The notes under the pieces are model-generated. The model had not been told where the DNA came from. It made no database searches and saw only the letters and a program-made list of their open reading frames with translations. The translations under genes and the position numbers were made by a program. This document shows positions 9,330 to 18,191 of a stretch of 32,000 bases of DNA, piece by piece (positions within the stretch are counted from its first letter, which is position 1; each line of letters begins with the position of its first letter). The stretch comes from Candidatus Omnitrophota bacterium (GTDB taxonomy: Bacteria; Omnitrophota; Gorgyraeia; Zapsychrales; JANLHA01): contig OY759724.1 of the NCBI GenBank assembly GCA_963662715.1, positions 2,970,001 to 3,002,000 of the forward strand, given 5' to 3'.

Positions 9330-10427
9330 ATGGATGATAAAAGACATAAATATGATTCTGCCGCTTTGAAGGGCCTCGGTTTTGATGAGGGTCTTTATTC
9401 CGAGCTGCTTCCGAGTCAAATCAAGGAATTTGCAATAGCCAGGGTCGTCTCCGTGCATAAAAACCGTTTTATAATAAGCGATGGCGGGAAAGAATGCCGG
9501 GCAGAGATGGCCGGCAGGCTGTTATTTAACACAGAAACTGTTTTTGATTATCCTGCGGTGGGGGATTGGATTCTCGGTGATTTTCATAACAGCCGCACGT
9601 TCGCAGTCATTCATTCCATCCTGCCCAGGAAATCACTGCTTAAACGCAAGACCCCCGGTGATAAAGTTGATTTCCAGCTAATCGCGGCGAATATCGACAC
9701 CGCTTTTATCATGCAATCCCTGGATCATAACTTTAATCCAAGAAGACTCGAGCGGTACCTGGTCATGGTGAACGAAAGCAATATTTGTCCTGTGGTCTTA
9801 TTGAGCAAAAGTGATCTCGTTGATCCGGCGGAGGCTCAAAGTCGTATGAATGAAATACGTGTCCTGTCTCCGGATTTACAAATAAAAGCTTTCAGCAATA
9901 CCTGCCCGCATAGTTTAGACGCATTAAAAGGACTTCTAATCACAAATAAAACTTATTGTCTGTTAGGATCATCCGGGGTGGGAAAAACAACGCTGTTAAA
10001 TAACCTGATCGGGCAAGACATGTTTAAAACGAAAAATGTCAGGGAAAAAGACGGGAAAGGCCGTCACGCGACGACTTCCCGGCAACTTATAAAATTGCCG
10101 CCCGGCGCTATGATCATTGACACCCCGGGCATGCGTGAACTGGGGAACTTTTCTGTAGAGAAGGGGCTGGATGAAACTTTTTCTGATATCAAAGCATTAT
10201 CTGAAAAATGCAAATTCAGTGATTGTACCCATAGCCATGAGAATGGCTGTGCGGTTTTGGCTGCCGTTAAAAACGGGGATCTTCCGGAAGAGAGACTGCA
10301 GAATTATTTAAAAATAAACAAAGAAGCAGCATATCATGAAATGTCATATATTGAAAAAAGACACAAGGACAAACAATTCGCAAAATTCTGCAAACAGGTC
10401 ATGAAGCAAAAAAAATACCGCAGATAA
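9330..10427 (+). CDS. rsgA: Ribosome small-subunit-dependent GTPase A
   Basis: Circularly permuted GTPase order: NIDTAFIM / LLSKSD (G4) precedes GSSGVGKTTLLN (G1) and DTPGMRE (G3). C-terminal zinc knuckle CKFSDCTHSHENGCAV. Confidence 0.9.
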   Translation: MDDKRHKYDSAALKGLGFDEGLYSELLPSQIKEFAIARVVSVHKNRFIISDGGKECRAEMAGRLLFNTETVFDYPAVGDWILGDFHNSRTFAVIHSILPRKSLLKRKTPGDKVDFQLIAANIDTAFIMQSLDHNFNPRRLERYLVMVNESNICPVVLLSKSDLVDPAEAQSRMNEIRVLSPDLQIKAFSNTCPHSLDALKGLLITNKTYCLLGSSGVGKTTLLNNLIGQDMFKTKNVREKDGKGRHATTSRQLIKLPPGAMIIDTPGMRELGNFSVEKGLDETFSDIKALSEKCKFSDCTHSHENGCAVLAAVKNGDLPEERLQNYLKINKEAAYHEMSYIEKRHKDKQFAKFCKQVMKQKKYRR

Positions 10428-10473
10428 CATTGCAAACGGCTTGTTTTTTTTCGTAAAAACCAGATTAAATCCT

Positions 10474-11259
10474 ATGATGCAGAAACGATATATCGGATGC
10501 TGCGGCGCTTACTGCAGAACCTGCAAGGCCTATCGGCAGGGTGTTTGTAAAGGCTGTAAACTGGGTTTTGATACCGGTGAACGGGATATTAATAAAGCCA
10601 AATGTAAGATTAAGTTGTGCTGTTTTCGGGACAAAGGGTTTGCCACTTGTGCCGATTGCCCGGATATGGAATCCTGTGATATTATCGGCCGCTGGTATGC
10701 CAATAATGGATATAAATACAAAAAATATAAGCAGGCGACGGAATTCATCAGAAAAAAAGGGTATGCCTCATTTATAAAAGCAGCTGAAAATTGGACCAAT
10801 GCCTACGGGAAACTGGACTCAGCCCGGCCGCCTACGGCAAACCCGGCCTCTCTTATTGCCCCCTGCGGCATGAACTGCGGCATTTGTTATGCCTATCTCC
10901 GAGAAAAAAACAGATGTCCCGGCTGCCGGCTTTTTAACGCTCCGGAGCCGGTCAGTATCGCCAGATGCAAGATAAAGAACTGCCAAGTTATTCAAAAAGA
11001 AGAAATAAAATACTGTTTTGAGTGTGAGGATTTCCCCTGTAAGACTCTAAAGCATTTAGATCAAAGATACCGGATGAAATACAATATGAGCGAGATAGAA
11101 AATCTGGAATATATTAAAAAAAACGGGATAAGGAAATTTGTGAGAAAGGAAAAAATAAGGTGGATGTGCCCCGACTGCGGAGGCCCCCTTTGCGCCCACA
11201 AAAAGAAGTGTTTGTCTTGTGGAAGAACTTCAGAAAAGACTTATGACAAAAATCTTTGA
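10474..11259 (+). CDS. Cys-rich protein with two DUF3795-like modules
   Basis: There are two modules with similar Cys spacing. One is CGAYCRTCKAY...CKGCK...CKIKLCC...CADCPDMESC. The other is CGMNCGICYAY...CPGC...CKIKNC...CFECEDFPC. The pattern matches my memory of the DUF3795 family. Confidence 0.65.
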   Translation: MMQKRYIGCCGAYCRTCKAYRQGVCKGCKLGFDTGERDINKAKCKIKLCCFRDKGFATCADCPDMESCDIIGRWYANNGYKYKKYKQATEFIRKKGYASFIKAAENWTNAYGKLDSARPPTANPASLIAPCGMNCGICYAYLREKNRCPGCRLFNAPEPVSIARCKIKNCQVIQKEEIKYCFECEDFPCKTLKHLDQRYRMKYNMSEIENLEYIKKNGIRKFVRKEKIRWMCPDCGGPLCAHKKKCLSCGRTSEKTYDKNL

Positions 11260-11366
11260 TTAAAAAATTAAAGATGGGATATTCCCCCGAATACCATTAT
11301 CTTCCCTAACTAACATCAAATACTGTAGGGGGAAAACCCCGTCTGGGAGAACGAGAATGGATTATC

Positions 11367-12377
11367 ATGAAGACATACGATTGTTTTACATTTTTCAACG
11401 AGCTGGATCTTCTGGACATAAGGCTGCATGTCCTAAATGACGTTGTTGATTATTTTATTCTTGTCGAGGGGAATAAAACGTTCAGCGGCGAAAAGAAAAG
11501 ATACGTCTTTGAGGCCAATGCAGAGAAATTCTCCGCGTTTGAAGATAAAATCATCTATGTGAAAGTTGACGATTTCCCGGAGCCTGATCCGAATAGACAT
11601 GATCCAGTGAGGAGAGCCTGGATTCTTGAATCTTTTCAAAGGAACGCGATTGAGCGGGGCTTAAAAAACGCCCGGATGGACGATATTGTCCTGATCGGTG
11701 ACGTTGATGAGATTCCCCATCCCGAAAAGATTGTAAACTTCGCCCCTGAAAAAGGCATTAAAATATTCCGCCAGCGGCGGTATAATTATTTTCTTAATTA
11801 TATGGACAAACACAAGCCTGATTGGGCCGGAACCCGAATGGGTCTTTATTCCGATTTGCTGGAACCGAGGCAAAAACTTAAAGATTCACCTTATTATGAT
11901 CCCGCAGGTGATTACGGACGGCCGAATTATTTTCGGTATTGCAACGGGGAAATCATAAAAAACGGGGGATGGCACTTTTCCTTCCTCGGTGGCGTTGAGG
12001 CCGTCATCAAGAAGGTGAAATCCTTTTCTCATCAGGAATATAACTCTACTGAGTACACAGATGAAGAATATATTCAGGACTGTCTGATCAAAGGGAAGGA
12101 TATTTTTAAACGCAAAGACTGCCGCATGGTCTATGTGGAAATCGACCATTCGTATCCCAGATATATTTTGGAAAATCTGGACAGATACCATCAATTTATT
12201 GCGCCAAAACCCAAATTGCCTGTGCGCATTAATTATGCTTTTCTCTCTTGCTGTGATTTTTTCCTGCGGATACGTGACGGGCTTAAAAGGAGACTTAAAA
12301 AGAATAAGGGGACAGACTCCCCAGCAAGAGAGATGATAACCGGGGACACAGATAAAGAACTGGAGAAAGCGGGTTAA
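11367..12377 (+). CDS. Glycosyltransferase family 17-like protein (GnT-III-like)
   Basis: The N-terminus MKTYDCFTFFNELDLLDIRLHVLNDVVDYFILVEGNKTFSG is the characteristic opening of Glyco_transf_17 proteins. GDVDEIP (DxD-like) and GGWHFSFLGG motifs follow. Confidence 0.75.
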   Translation: MKTYDCFTFFNELDLLDIRLHVLNDVVDYFILVEGNKTFSGEKKRYVFEANAEKFSAFEDKIIYVKVDDFPEPDPNRHDPVRRAWILESFQRNAIERGLKNARMDDIVLIGDVDEIPHPEKIVNFAPEKGIKIFRQRRYNYFLNYMDKHKPDWAGTRMGLYSDLLEPRQKLKDSPYYDPAGDYGRPNYFRYCNGEIIKNGGWHFSFLGGVEAVIKKVKSFSHQEYNSTEYTDEEYIQDCLIKGKDIFKRKDCRMVYVEIDHSYPRYILENLDRYHQFIAPKPKLPVRINYAFLSCCDFFLRIRDGLKRRLKKNKGTDSPAREMITGDTDKELEKAG

Positions 12378-12380
12378 AGC

Positions 12381-13733
12381 ATGAAACAATTCTTGATTTT
12401 AATCACGGTGACTTGTGTATTAACGGGGCACCTCGCATCCGCAAATGCACAAAAACAGATAAAAGAGTATCATCTCGATAAATATCCCGAGATCGGGGAA
12501 CTGTTTGACTGGGGAATGAGCGTGGATACCCTGGAAAGCGTTTTGCATCAAAAGCTCTCAAACGTCGGGCAGGATAAATATCAGGCGAAGTTTCCTGCCG
12601 GGGAACTATCGTTTGACGCGACATTTATTATTTCGGACGAGGGACTTGAAGGATTAGTCCTGCAGTTTGACATAAGTCCCGACGATTTTTTTAATCTTCT
12701 GGACACCTTGAGAGCCATTTACGGCGAACCCACTGCTGTTGATACAAATAAAGGAGCCATGCAATGGAAGGACACTTTAAATGATACGGGCATAATAATT
12801 TCGGGGAAAAAAAACGGTCTGTATTCAATTGTAGTCGGGCTGCGGCGTCTAAGGAACACTGTTTCTTTGAATCACCTCGATCCGGGTAAAATATCTTCTT
12901 TGGAAGGCATTGCCTTGGGAATGTATAAGGATGTTTTTTTGAAGCAAGCCACATTTTTTGAACCTAAAAAACTGCCTCCCGAGGACGGGATGCCGGCAGA
13001 TGCCGAAGTTTATCAGGCCTTTCTTACTATCAATTTAACTCCGGCAGAAGCATTTTTCGAATTCAATCAGGACAAATTAGTATATGTGATGATATATATC
13101 GCGATGGAATCAAATGATGGCGGATACATGGCTGAAGCTTTTAAAAATAATTTAAATTTCCTGTCGGTTTTCTATGGTGATCCTTTAGAAAAATCCGCCG
13201 ATATCTCTGTCTGGTATGATGACACGATCGAGATGAAATTCGGGATACACCCCTTCGGGACATTCGTTGTCTCCTGGGAGCTGCTCAGCAAAAACAATAA
13301 TATCCCTTCAAACGAATTAGTTATAAAGAAAATTCCGGCCTTCAGAGGTCTTTCCTTAGGCATGCCGGAGGAAGAATTTCATAGCCGTTTTGATATCGCC
13401 CCCCTGGAAAAAGTCGAAGATTCGTCCGGGGAAATATATTGGGCTCATGTTATTTTTAACTCCCGCCCCTCTATCGTCTATTTCTCTATGCATAAAGATC
13501 AGCTGGCGGTAATTTTATTGGAAATGTTTGCTTCCGAAGGGGATGATGATCAAATCGACAAGGATTTTCAAAATCATGTCAATTATTTAACGTCGCTTTT
13601 CGGGGAATCTTCAAAAACGGCTGATCATCTTGCCATTTGGGAAAACGGTCTTTTTGAAATTGTTTTCGCTTGGGCAAGCGATGTTCAACGATTCCGTTTA
13701 GCTGTCAGGGATAGAGGCTTGCTAGCCGAATAA
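12381..13733 (+). CDS. Secreted protein composed of three ~140-aa internal repeats (unknown function)
   Basis: Signal peptide MKQFLILITVTCVLTGHLASANA. Three modules each start with a G-h-x-h-GM-x-x-x-x-F/L segment (ELFDWGMSVDTL, IALGMYKDVF, LSLGMPEEEF). Each ends with an aromatic-G-(E/D)-P/S...W segment (IYGEPTAVDTNKGAMQW, FYGDPLEKSADISVW, LFGESSKTADHLAIW). Confidence 0.6.
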   Translation: MKQFLILITVTCVLTGHLASANAQKQIKEYHLDKYPEIGELFDWGMSVDTLESVLHQKLSNVGQDKYQAKFPAGELSFDATFIISDEGLEGLVLQFDISPDDFFNLLDTLRAIYGEPTAVDTNKGAMQWKDTLNDTGIIISGKKNGLYSIVVGLRRLRNTVSLNHLDPGKISSLEGIALGMYKDVFLKQATFFEPKKLPPEDGMPADAEVYQAFLTINLTPAEAFFEFNQDKLVYVMIYIAMESNDGGYMAEAFKNNLNFLSVFYGDPLEKSADISVWYDDTIEMKFGIHPFGTFVVSWELLSKNNNIPSNELVIKKIPAFRGLSLGMPEEEFHSRFDIAPLEKVEDSSGEIYWAHVIFNSRPSIVYFSMHKDQLAVILLEMFASEGDDDQIDKDFQNHVNYLTSLFGESSKTADHLAIWENGLFEIVFAWASDVQRFRLAVRDRGLLAE

Positions 13734-13778
13734 AAAAATATAAAAAATTACGCACAAAAACATGATAAAGAGTGTTTT

Positions 13779-14195
13779 GTGCAAGGGGCAATTGGAGAAT
13801 GCGGTTTCATTGAACAAGAATTGAACCATAAAAAAGCCATTAAAATTCTGGATGTTAGATGCGGCACAAGGAGACATTCTGTCGAGCTGGCAAAAAGAGG
13901 ATATTCCATGACAAGGATTGATCTGTCAGCATCACAACTTAAATGGGCGGAGGAAAAAGCCAAACAGTTTGATTTGGCCATTGATTTTCAGCAACAGGAT
14001 GCACGCGGGCTTCCTGTTGACAAGGAATTTGACGCGGCAATAATACTTTGTGAAGGCGGGGGGCCTTTAATGGAAACAGACAAAATGAATTTTGAGATAC
14101 TTAAAAATGTCACCAAAACGTTGAAGGATACTATTAAAGCGAAAGGGGTAACACATAATTATTGTATCCTATCCAAACGATGGGGGATGAAATGA
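13779..14195 (+). pseudogene. Degenerate/truncated class I SAM methyltransferase remnant
   Basis: Clear similarity to Methyltransf_11/25-type enzymes (ILDVRCGTRRHSVELAKRGY..IDLS...DARGLP..EFDAAI). Both key glycines of motif I are Arg (DVRCGTRRH where DVGCGTGRH is expected). The usual ~40-aa N-terminal segment is missing, the start is GTG with no RBS, and similarity ends after motif III. Confidence 0.5.
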
Positions 14196-14998
14196 ATACT
14201 TACGTACATGGATATTCTGAAAAAGAAGGTGACCGTCTCCACGACCAGGCAAATACCCTGGATGAATTGCTTCATGGCGATTCCGTTTTTCCTGATGGCT
14301 CAAGGATACTGGAAGTCGGCTGCGGGGTGGGTTCTCAAACAAGAATTATTGCAGCCCAAAACCCAAGATGTCATTTCACATCAGTTGATATATCTGAAGC
14401 ATCACTGCAAAAAGCGGCGCAGCTCATTCAAAAACTCAACATTAAAAATGTGGAATTCCAAAAAGGGGACATTTTTAATCTCGATTTTCAAAACAACTCG
14501 TTTGATCATGTTTTCGTGTGTTTTGTTTTAGAACATCTGTCTGCCCCTGTTCAGGCCCTGCTACATTTTAAAAACGTGCTCAAGCCGGAAGGCACGATTA
14601 TGGTCATTGAAGGAGACCATGGCTCCGCTTTCTTTCATCCTTATAGTGAATTCGCTTGCAAGGCGATTCAAACCCAGGTCGAACTGCAAAGGAGGGCTGG
14701 AGGCAACGCCATGATCGGGAGAGAACTTTTTCCTCTTTTGTCCAAGACCGGTTATCATTCAATCCGCGTTTCCCCCCGCATGGTTTATGCCGATGCCTCC
14801 CGGCCAGACCTGGTAAACGGGTTCACAAAAAAAACATTTACCGCCATGATCGAAGGCGTTAAAGATTCTGGCATCAAAACAAAAATCATCACGAAAGACG
14901 CATTCGACCAAGGGATCAAAGCTCTGTGCCGGACAACAGAGGCAGACGGGATATTCTGCTACACATTCTTTAAGGCGACGGCTGTAAAACAGAATTAA
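14192..14998 (+). CDS. Class I SAM-dependent methyltransferase
   Basis: Motif I ILEVGCGVGSQT, VDISE acidic loop and LKPEGTIMVIEGDH. ATG 14192 overlaps the stop of the upstream remnant (ATGA). The track start at 14162 is a TTG. Confidence 0.85.
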   Translation: MNTYVHGYSEKEGDRLHDQANTLDELLHGDSVFPDGSRILEVGCGVGSQTRIIAAQNPRCHFTSVDISEASLQKAAQLIQKLNIKNVEFQKGDIFNLDFQNNSFDHVFVCFVLEHLSAPVQALLHFKNVLKPEGTIMVIEGDHGSAFFHPYSEFACKAIQTQVELQRRAGGNAMIGRELFPLLSKTGYHSIRVSPRMVYADASRPDLVNGFTKKTFTAMIEGVKDSGIKTKIITKDAFDQGIKALCRTTEADGIFCYTFFKATAVKQN

Positions 14999-15050
14999 AC
15001 CGCCGGGGAAAACGCCAAGTTTAAAATTTTTGATTTTTGAAGGTGCAAAC

Positions 15051-16238
15051 ATGAAAAAGAAATATGTCGTCATTATTATCGTTTTAATTTTGATGGTGAT
15101 AGGGGAATTCTATCATAAAAAAATGCGGCTCAAAAAAGGGGAGGAGTTTTTTTATGAAACAGGGCACATTGTCTGGCATGAGATTTTAGAAGAATGGAAG
15201 TTTGAGAGGATCGGGGATGCCATTAAAGGATTTGAGGAGTATTTGAAGCGTTATCCTGACGGCCGTTCGACCTGGAGTGCCAGAGAGATTGTGGCGGATC
15301 TCAAAAATTTTCAGGCCTGCTTTGTTGAGACAGCGACAAAATCCGCGAGAATTTCCTGCCTTCATCGATACTTAAAGAAAAAAGACCCCCCAAGAAAGCT
15401 TTTGTCAGGACGTTCCGGCAATAAAATCAGAAAGTATATTGCTTTTTTATGCGGGAATGATTTCCGCGAGGGATTTTTTGAAAAAATCCGCCATGATCCA
15501 AGTCGGTTGGAAATGGAAATTTTAGCATATATGCTTCTGTATAAAATACCGTTGACCGAGGAGTTGAATCAAATCGTCAAAGATTTTTATCAGGAAGGCA
15601 AAGTGTTTATCCGTCTGCCTGAAGACCGGCTATACAATCTTCCGATGTGGAATAAATTGGCATATGCGCATGGGCTTATCCCATCGGAATCTGAAAAATG
15701 TTTGTTAGTGGCTAAATATGACCCGTTGCAAAAAGAAAAGTTAGACGAATGGCTGATCCGTGAAAAACCTTTGGATTTTATGGAACAATGGAAGGCAGGA
15801 TCGACATTTTACGTTATGAGCAAAGGGGAGGTTATCCTCAAGGAGGATATTGATTTTACCCAAAAACCATTGCCACCGTTTGTCGTGCGGAACGTGTTGA
15901 CAGAAGAACAGTTGAAATACAAGGATCCCGTTCCGAAAGACCTTTTTGAAATAAGGGTTCATAATGACTGGATCCGGCATGTTGTGGGTATGCATTTCCC
16001 TGAAATTCAGGCCCCTTGGGGAGCCATCTATCCTGAGGTCCGGGAAAGAAGCCCCAAACAATATCTTTTAGATGCCTATGTCCACTTCATCTTGGAAGAA
16101 TACGCAGCTGGCCAGGCATCTCTTCGTACCGTCGTAAGTTCTCATAAAACGAAAGATCCCCTCATGTTGGAAACAGCAGAACGACTTTTAACCGGAGACT
16201 ATGACTATGAGGAAATTCGAAGATACCAACCAAAGTAG
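15051..16238 (+). CDS. Membrane-anchored protein of unknown function
   Basis: N-terminal TM helix (YVVIIIVLILMVIGEF) followed by ~370 aa of soluble sequence with no motif I recognise. RBS GAAGGTG at 15039-15045, ATG at 15051. Confidence 0.55.
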   Translation: MKKKYVVIIIVLILMVIGEFYHKKMRLKKGEEFFYETGHIVWHEILEEWKFERIGDAIKGFEEYLKRYPDGRSTWSAREIVADLKNFQACFVETATKSARISCLHRYLKKKDPPRKLLSGRSGNKIRKYIAFLCGNDFREGFFEKIRHDPSRLEMEILAYMLLYKIPLTEELNQIVKDFYQEGKVFIRLPEDRLYNLPMWNKLAYAHGLIPSESEKCLLVAKYDPLQKEKLDEWLIREKPLDFMEQWKAGSTFYVMSKGEVILKEDIDFTQKPLPPFVVRNVLTEEQLKYKDPVPKDLFEIRVHNDWIRHVVGMHFPEIQAPWGAIYPEVRERSPKQYLLDAYVHFILEEYAAGQASLRTVVSSHKTKDPLMLETAERLLTGDYDYEEIRRYQPK

Positions 16239-16278
16239 TCATAGGGAACAGCGCCCAAAATGAGAGGAAGGGGTTTTT

Positions 16279-17994
16279 ATGCACTATTTAAGTGAAGAAC
16301 ATATTTTCATTTTTTTAGTTCAGATATCACTGCTTTGGATCTTTGCACGAGGTTTCGGCGAACTATTCCGCAAATGGAAACAGCCGACGATTACAGCTGA
16401 AATTCTTGCCGGAATAATCTTGGGAAAGACAATATTGGGGAGGCTTGCGCCGGGCCTTTACAATTGGATATTCCCTGCCGATGTCATTCAGCAGAATATG
16501 TTGGAAACCGTAGCATGGTTTGGTATTCTTTTCTTTCTGTTAAAAACTGGACTTGAAATGGATTTTTCTAGCGCCTGGAGACAAAGGGGGCAAGCTTTAA
16601 CCATTTCAATTGCAGATGTAATACTGCCGATGACGATCGCTTTTGTTCCGACTCTTCTTATCGCCACGAATTACATTAATGATCCCAGTCATAAATACCT
16701 GTTTTCTTTATTTATCGCAACGATTATGACAATCAGCGCGCTTCCTGTAACCGCGCGTGTCCTGCAAGATCTAAATTTATACAAAACAGATGTCGGATTT
16801 CTCATCATGGGCGCATTGTCGTTAAACGATATCATTGGATGGGCTGTTTTTACTCTTGTGCTTGGCGTTGTAACTCAAGCATCTTTTAACATTGTAAACG
16901 TCGGAGTAATCCTTCTCGCCACAGTCATGTTCAGCGTTTTTTGTTTGACTGGCGGCAAACGCTTCACAAATTCTGCCATATCAAGAATGCACAAAATAAA
17001 TTTGCCAGAACCAGGATCATCATTAACGTTTATTTGTATATTGGGAAGTATTTGCGGAGCTATCACCGTAAAAATCGGGATACATGCTTTATTCGGTTTC
17101 TTTATCGCAGGAATTATGGCAGGGGAAGCGAAGGCTCTGTCAGAGAAAACACGAAATGTTATTTCTCAGATGGTGAATGCTCTTTTTGTCCCTTTGTTTT
17201 TTGCAAATATCGGGATAAAAATTGACTTCCTTAAAAATTTAGACTGGTTTTTAATTATTTTTATAACGACCATCGGTATTGCAGGGAGATATCTTGGCGC
17301 TTGGTTGGGAGTAACAATGACAAAACATCCAAGAGTCAATCGCTCTATCATTTCCATTGCGCACACTCCTGGCGGTGAAATGCAGATAGTCGTTGGCATT
17401 TTGGCTTTAGAATATGGCTTGATTAACGAATCCGTTTTTGTTGCAATCGTTTTTGGCGCGATTTTTTCTTCAGTGATATTAGGGCCCTGGATGGCACATG
17501 CTTTGAAGCAGAGGAAACGGGTCAACATCTTAGAGTTTTTCAACAGAAGAGCCCTTTTGCCTGAACTTCAATCAACAGATCTGAATGATGCGATAAGAGA
17601 AATGAGTGAAATAATTGCTGAGCAGGAAAGCATGCCCAGCAAGGATGAAATTATCACATCAGTGTTAAGTCGGGAATCCACCATTGGAACTGCCCTGGAA
17701 GACAGCATCGCCATACCTCATGCCAGGCTCAAAAATATGAAACACCCGCTTATTGCCGTAGGGAGGTCTAGCAAAGGCATTGACTGGAATTCCCCTGACG
17801 GGAAATTAACGAATTTAATATTTATGATATTAAGTCCCGAAGACCATGACTGGGTTCAACTTGAAATTTTACGCAATATTGCCATAGCAGTAAAGGATGA
17901 GGAGGCAAGAAATACTCTTCTCGATAATAATCAAGAATTTTGGAATAACGTAAGAAATGTTTTTGGGAGCAAATACATTTCTAGGAAAAATTAA
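16279..17994 (+). CDS. CPA2-family cation:proton antiporter fused to a C-terminal PTS EIIA(Ntr/Fru)-type domain
   Basis: The N-terminal ~400 aa is polytopic with ILAGIILGKTILGRL and other Na_H_Exchanger features. The C-terminal ~150 aa carries the EIIA type-2 signature GTALEDSIAIPHARL, with the phosphorylatable His in IPHA. Confidence 0.85.
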   Translation: MHYLSEEHIFIFLVQISLLWIFARGFGELFRKWKQPTITAEILAGIILGKTILGRLAPGLYNWIFPADVIQQNMLETVAWFGILFFLLKTGLEMDFSSAWRQRGQALTISIADVILPMTIAFVPTLLIATNYINDPSHKYLFSLFIATIMTISALPVTARVLQDLNLYKTDVGFLIMGALSLNDIIGWAVFTLVLGVVTQASFNIVNVGVILLATVMFSVFCLTGGKRFTNSAISRMHKINLPEPGSSLTFICILGSICGAITVKIGIHALFGFFIAGIMAGEAKALSEKTRNVISQMVNALFVPLFFANIGIKIDFLKNLDWFLIIFITTIGIAGRYLGAWLGVTMTKHPRVNRSIISIAHTPGGEMQIVVGILALEYGLINESVFVAIVFGAIFSSVILGPWMAHALKQRKRVNILEFFNRRALLPELQSTDLNDAIREMSEIIAEQESMPSKDEIITSVLSRESTIGTALEDSIAIPHARLKNMKHPLIAVGRSSKGIDWNSPDGKLTNLIFMILSPEDHDWVQLEILRNIAIAVKDEEARNTLLDNNQEFWNNVRNVFGSKYISRKN

Positions 17995-18061
17995 TATAAA
18001 CAATCTCGTTATACGAAAAAGAAAAAAATTTGGCTTAAGCTTAAAGTGTTCTGCTGAGACC

Positions 18062-18110
18062 GTACGTACCCTTACGGTGAAACACCTTTAAGTCTGATAA
18101 ATGCGCTAAA
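18062..18110. repeat. Copy 1 of a ~49-nt intergenic direct repeat (upstream of the MATE gene)
   Basis: GTACGTACCCTTACGGTGAAACACCTTTAAGTCTGATAAATGCGCTAAA. It aligns without gaps to 19545-19593 with 43/49 identical positions. Confidence 0.8.
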
Positions 18111-18191
18111 TAAAAAATTGGCCGGTTATTAATCGAAGAACTCAACTGGTTACCGAAATCATGAAAATCGTTTATTTATAGGAATATTTCC

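Noticed and set aside
11886-12389. 167-aa minus-strand ORF overlapping the GT17-like gene
   Set aside because: It is antisense to a CDS with strong family signatures and has no RBS or recognisable motif. I treat it as a shadow ORF.
17166-17543. 125-aa minus-strand ORF inside the CPA2-EIIA gene
   Set aside because: It is antisense to a well-supported transporter CDS and has no independent coding evidence.
18041-18110. Possible riboswitch (fluoride/crcB, or guanidine mini-ykkC type) in front of the MATE efflux gene
   Set aside because: I could not find the conserved cores I remember for those classes: no GGnGAUG...CUGAUGA framework, and no pair of hairpins with ACGR loops closed by G-C pairs. 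The second copy also lacks the hairpin arms. I report it only as a repeat; a covariance-model search would settle it.
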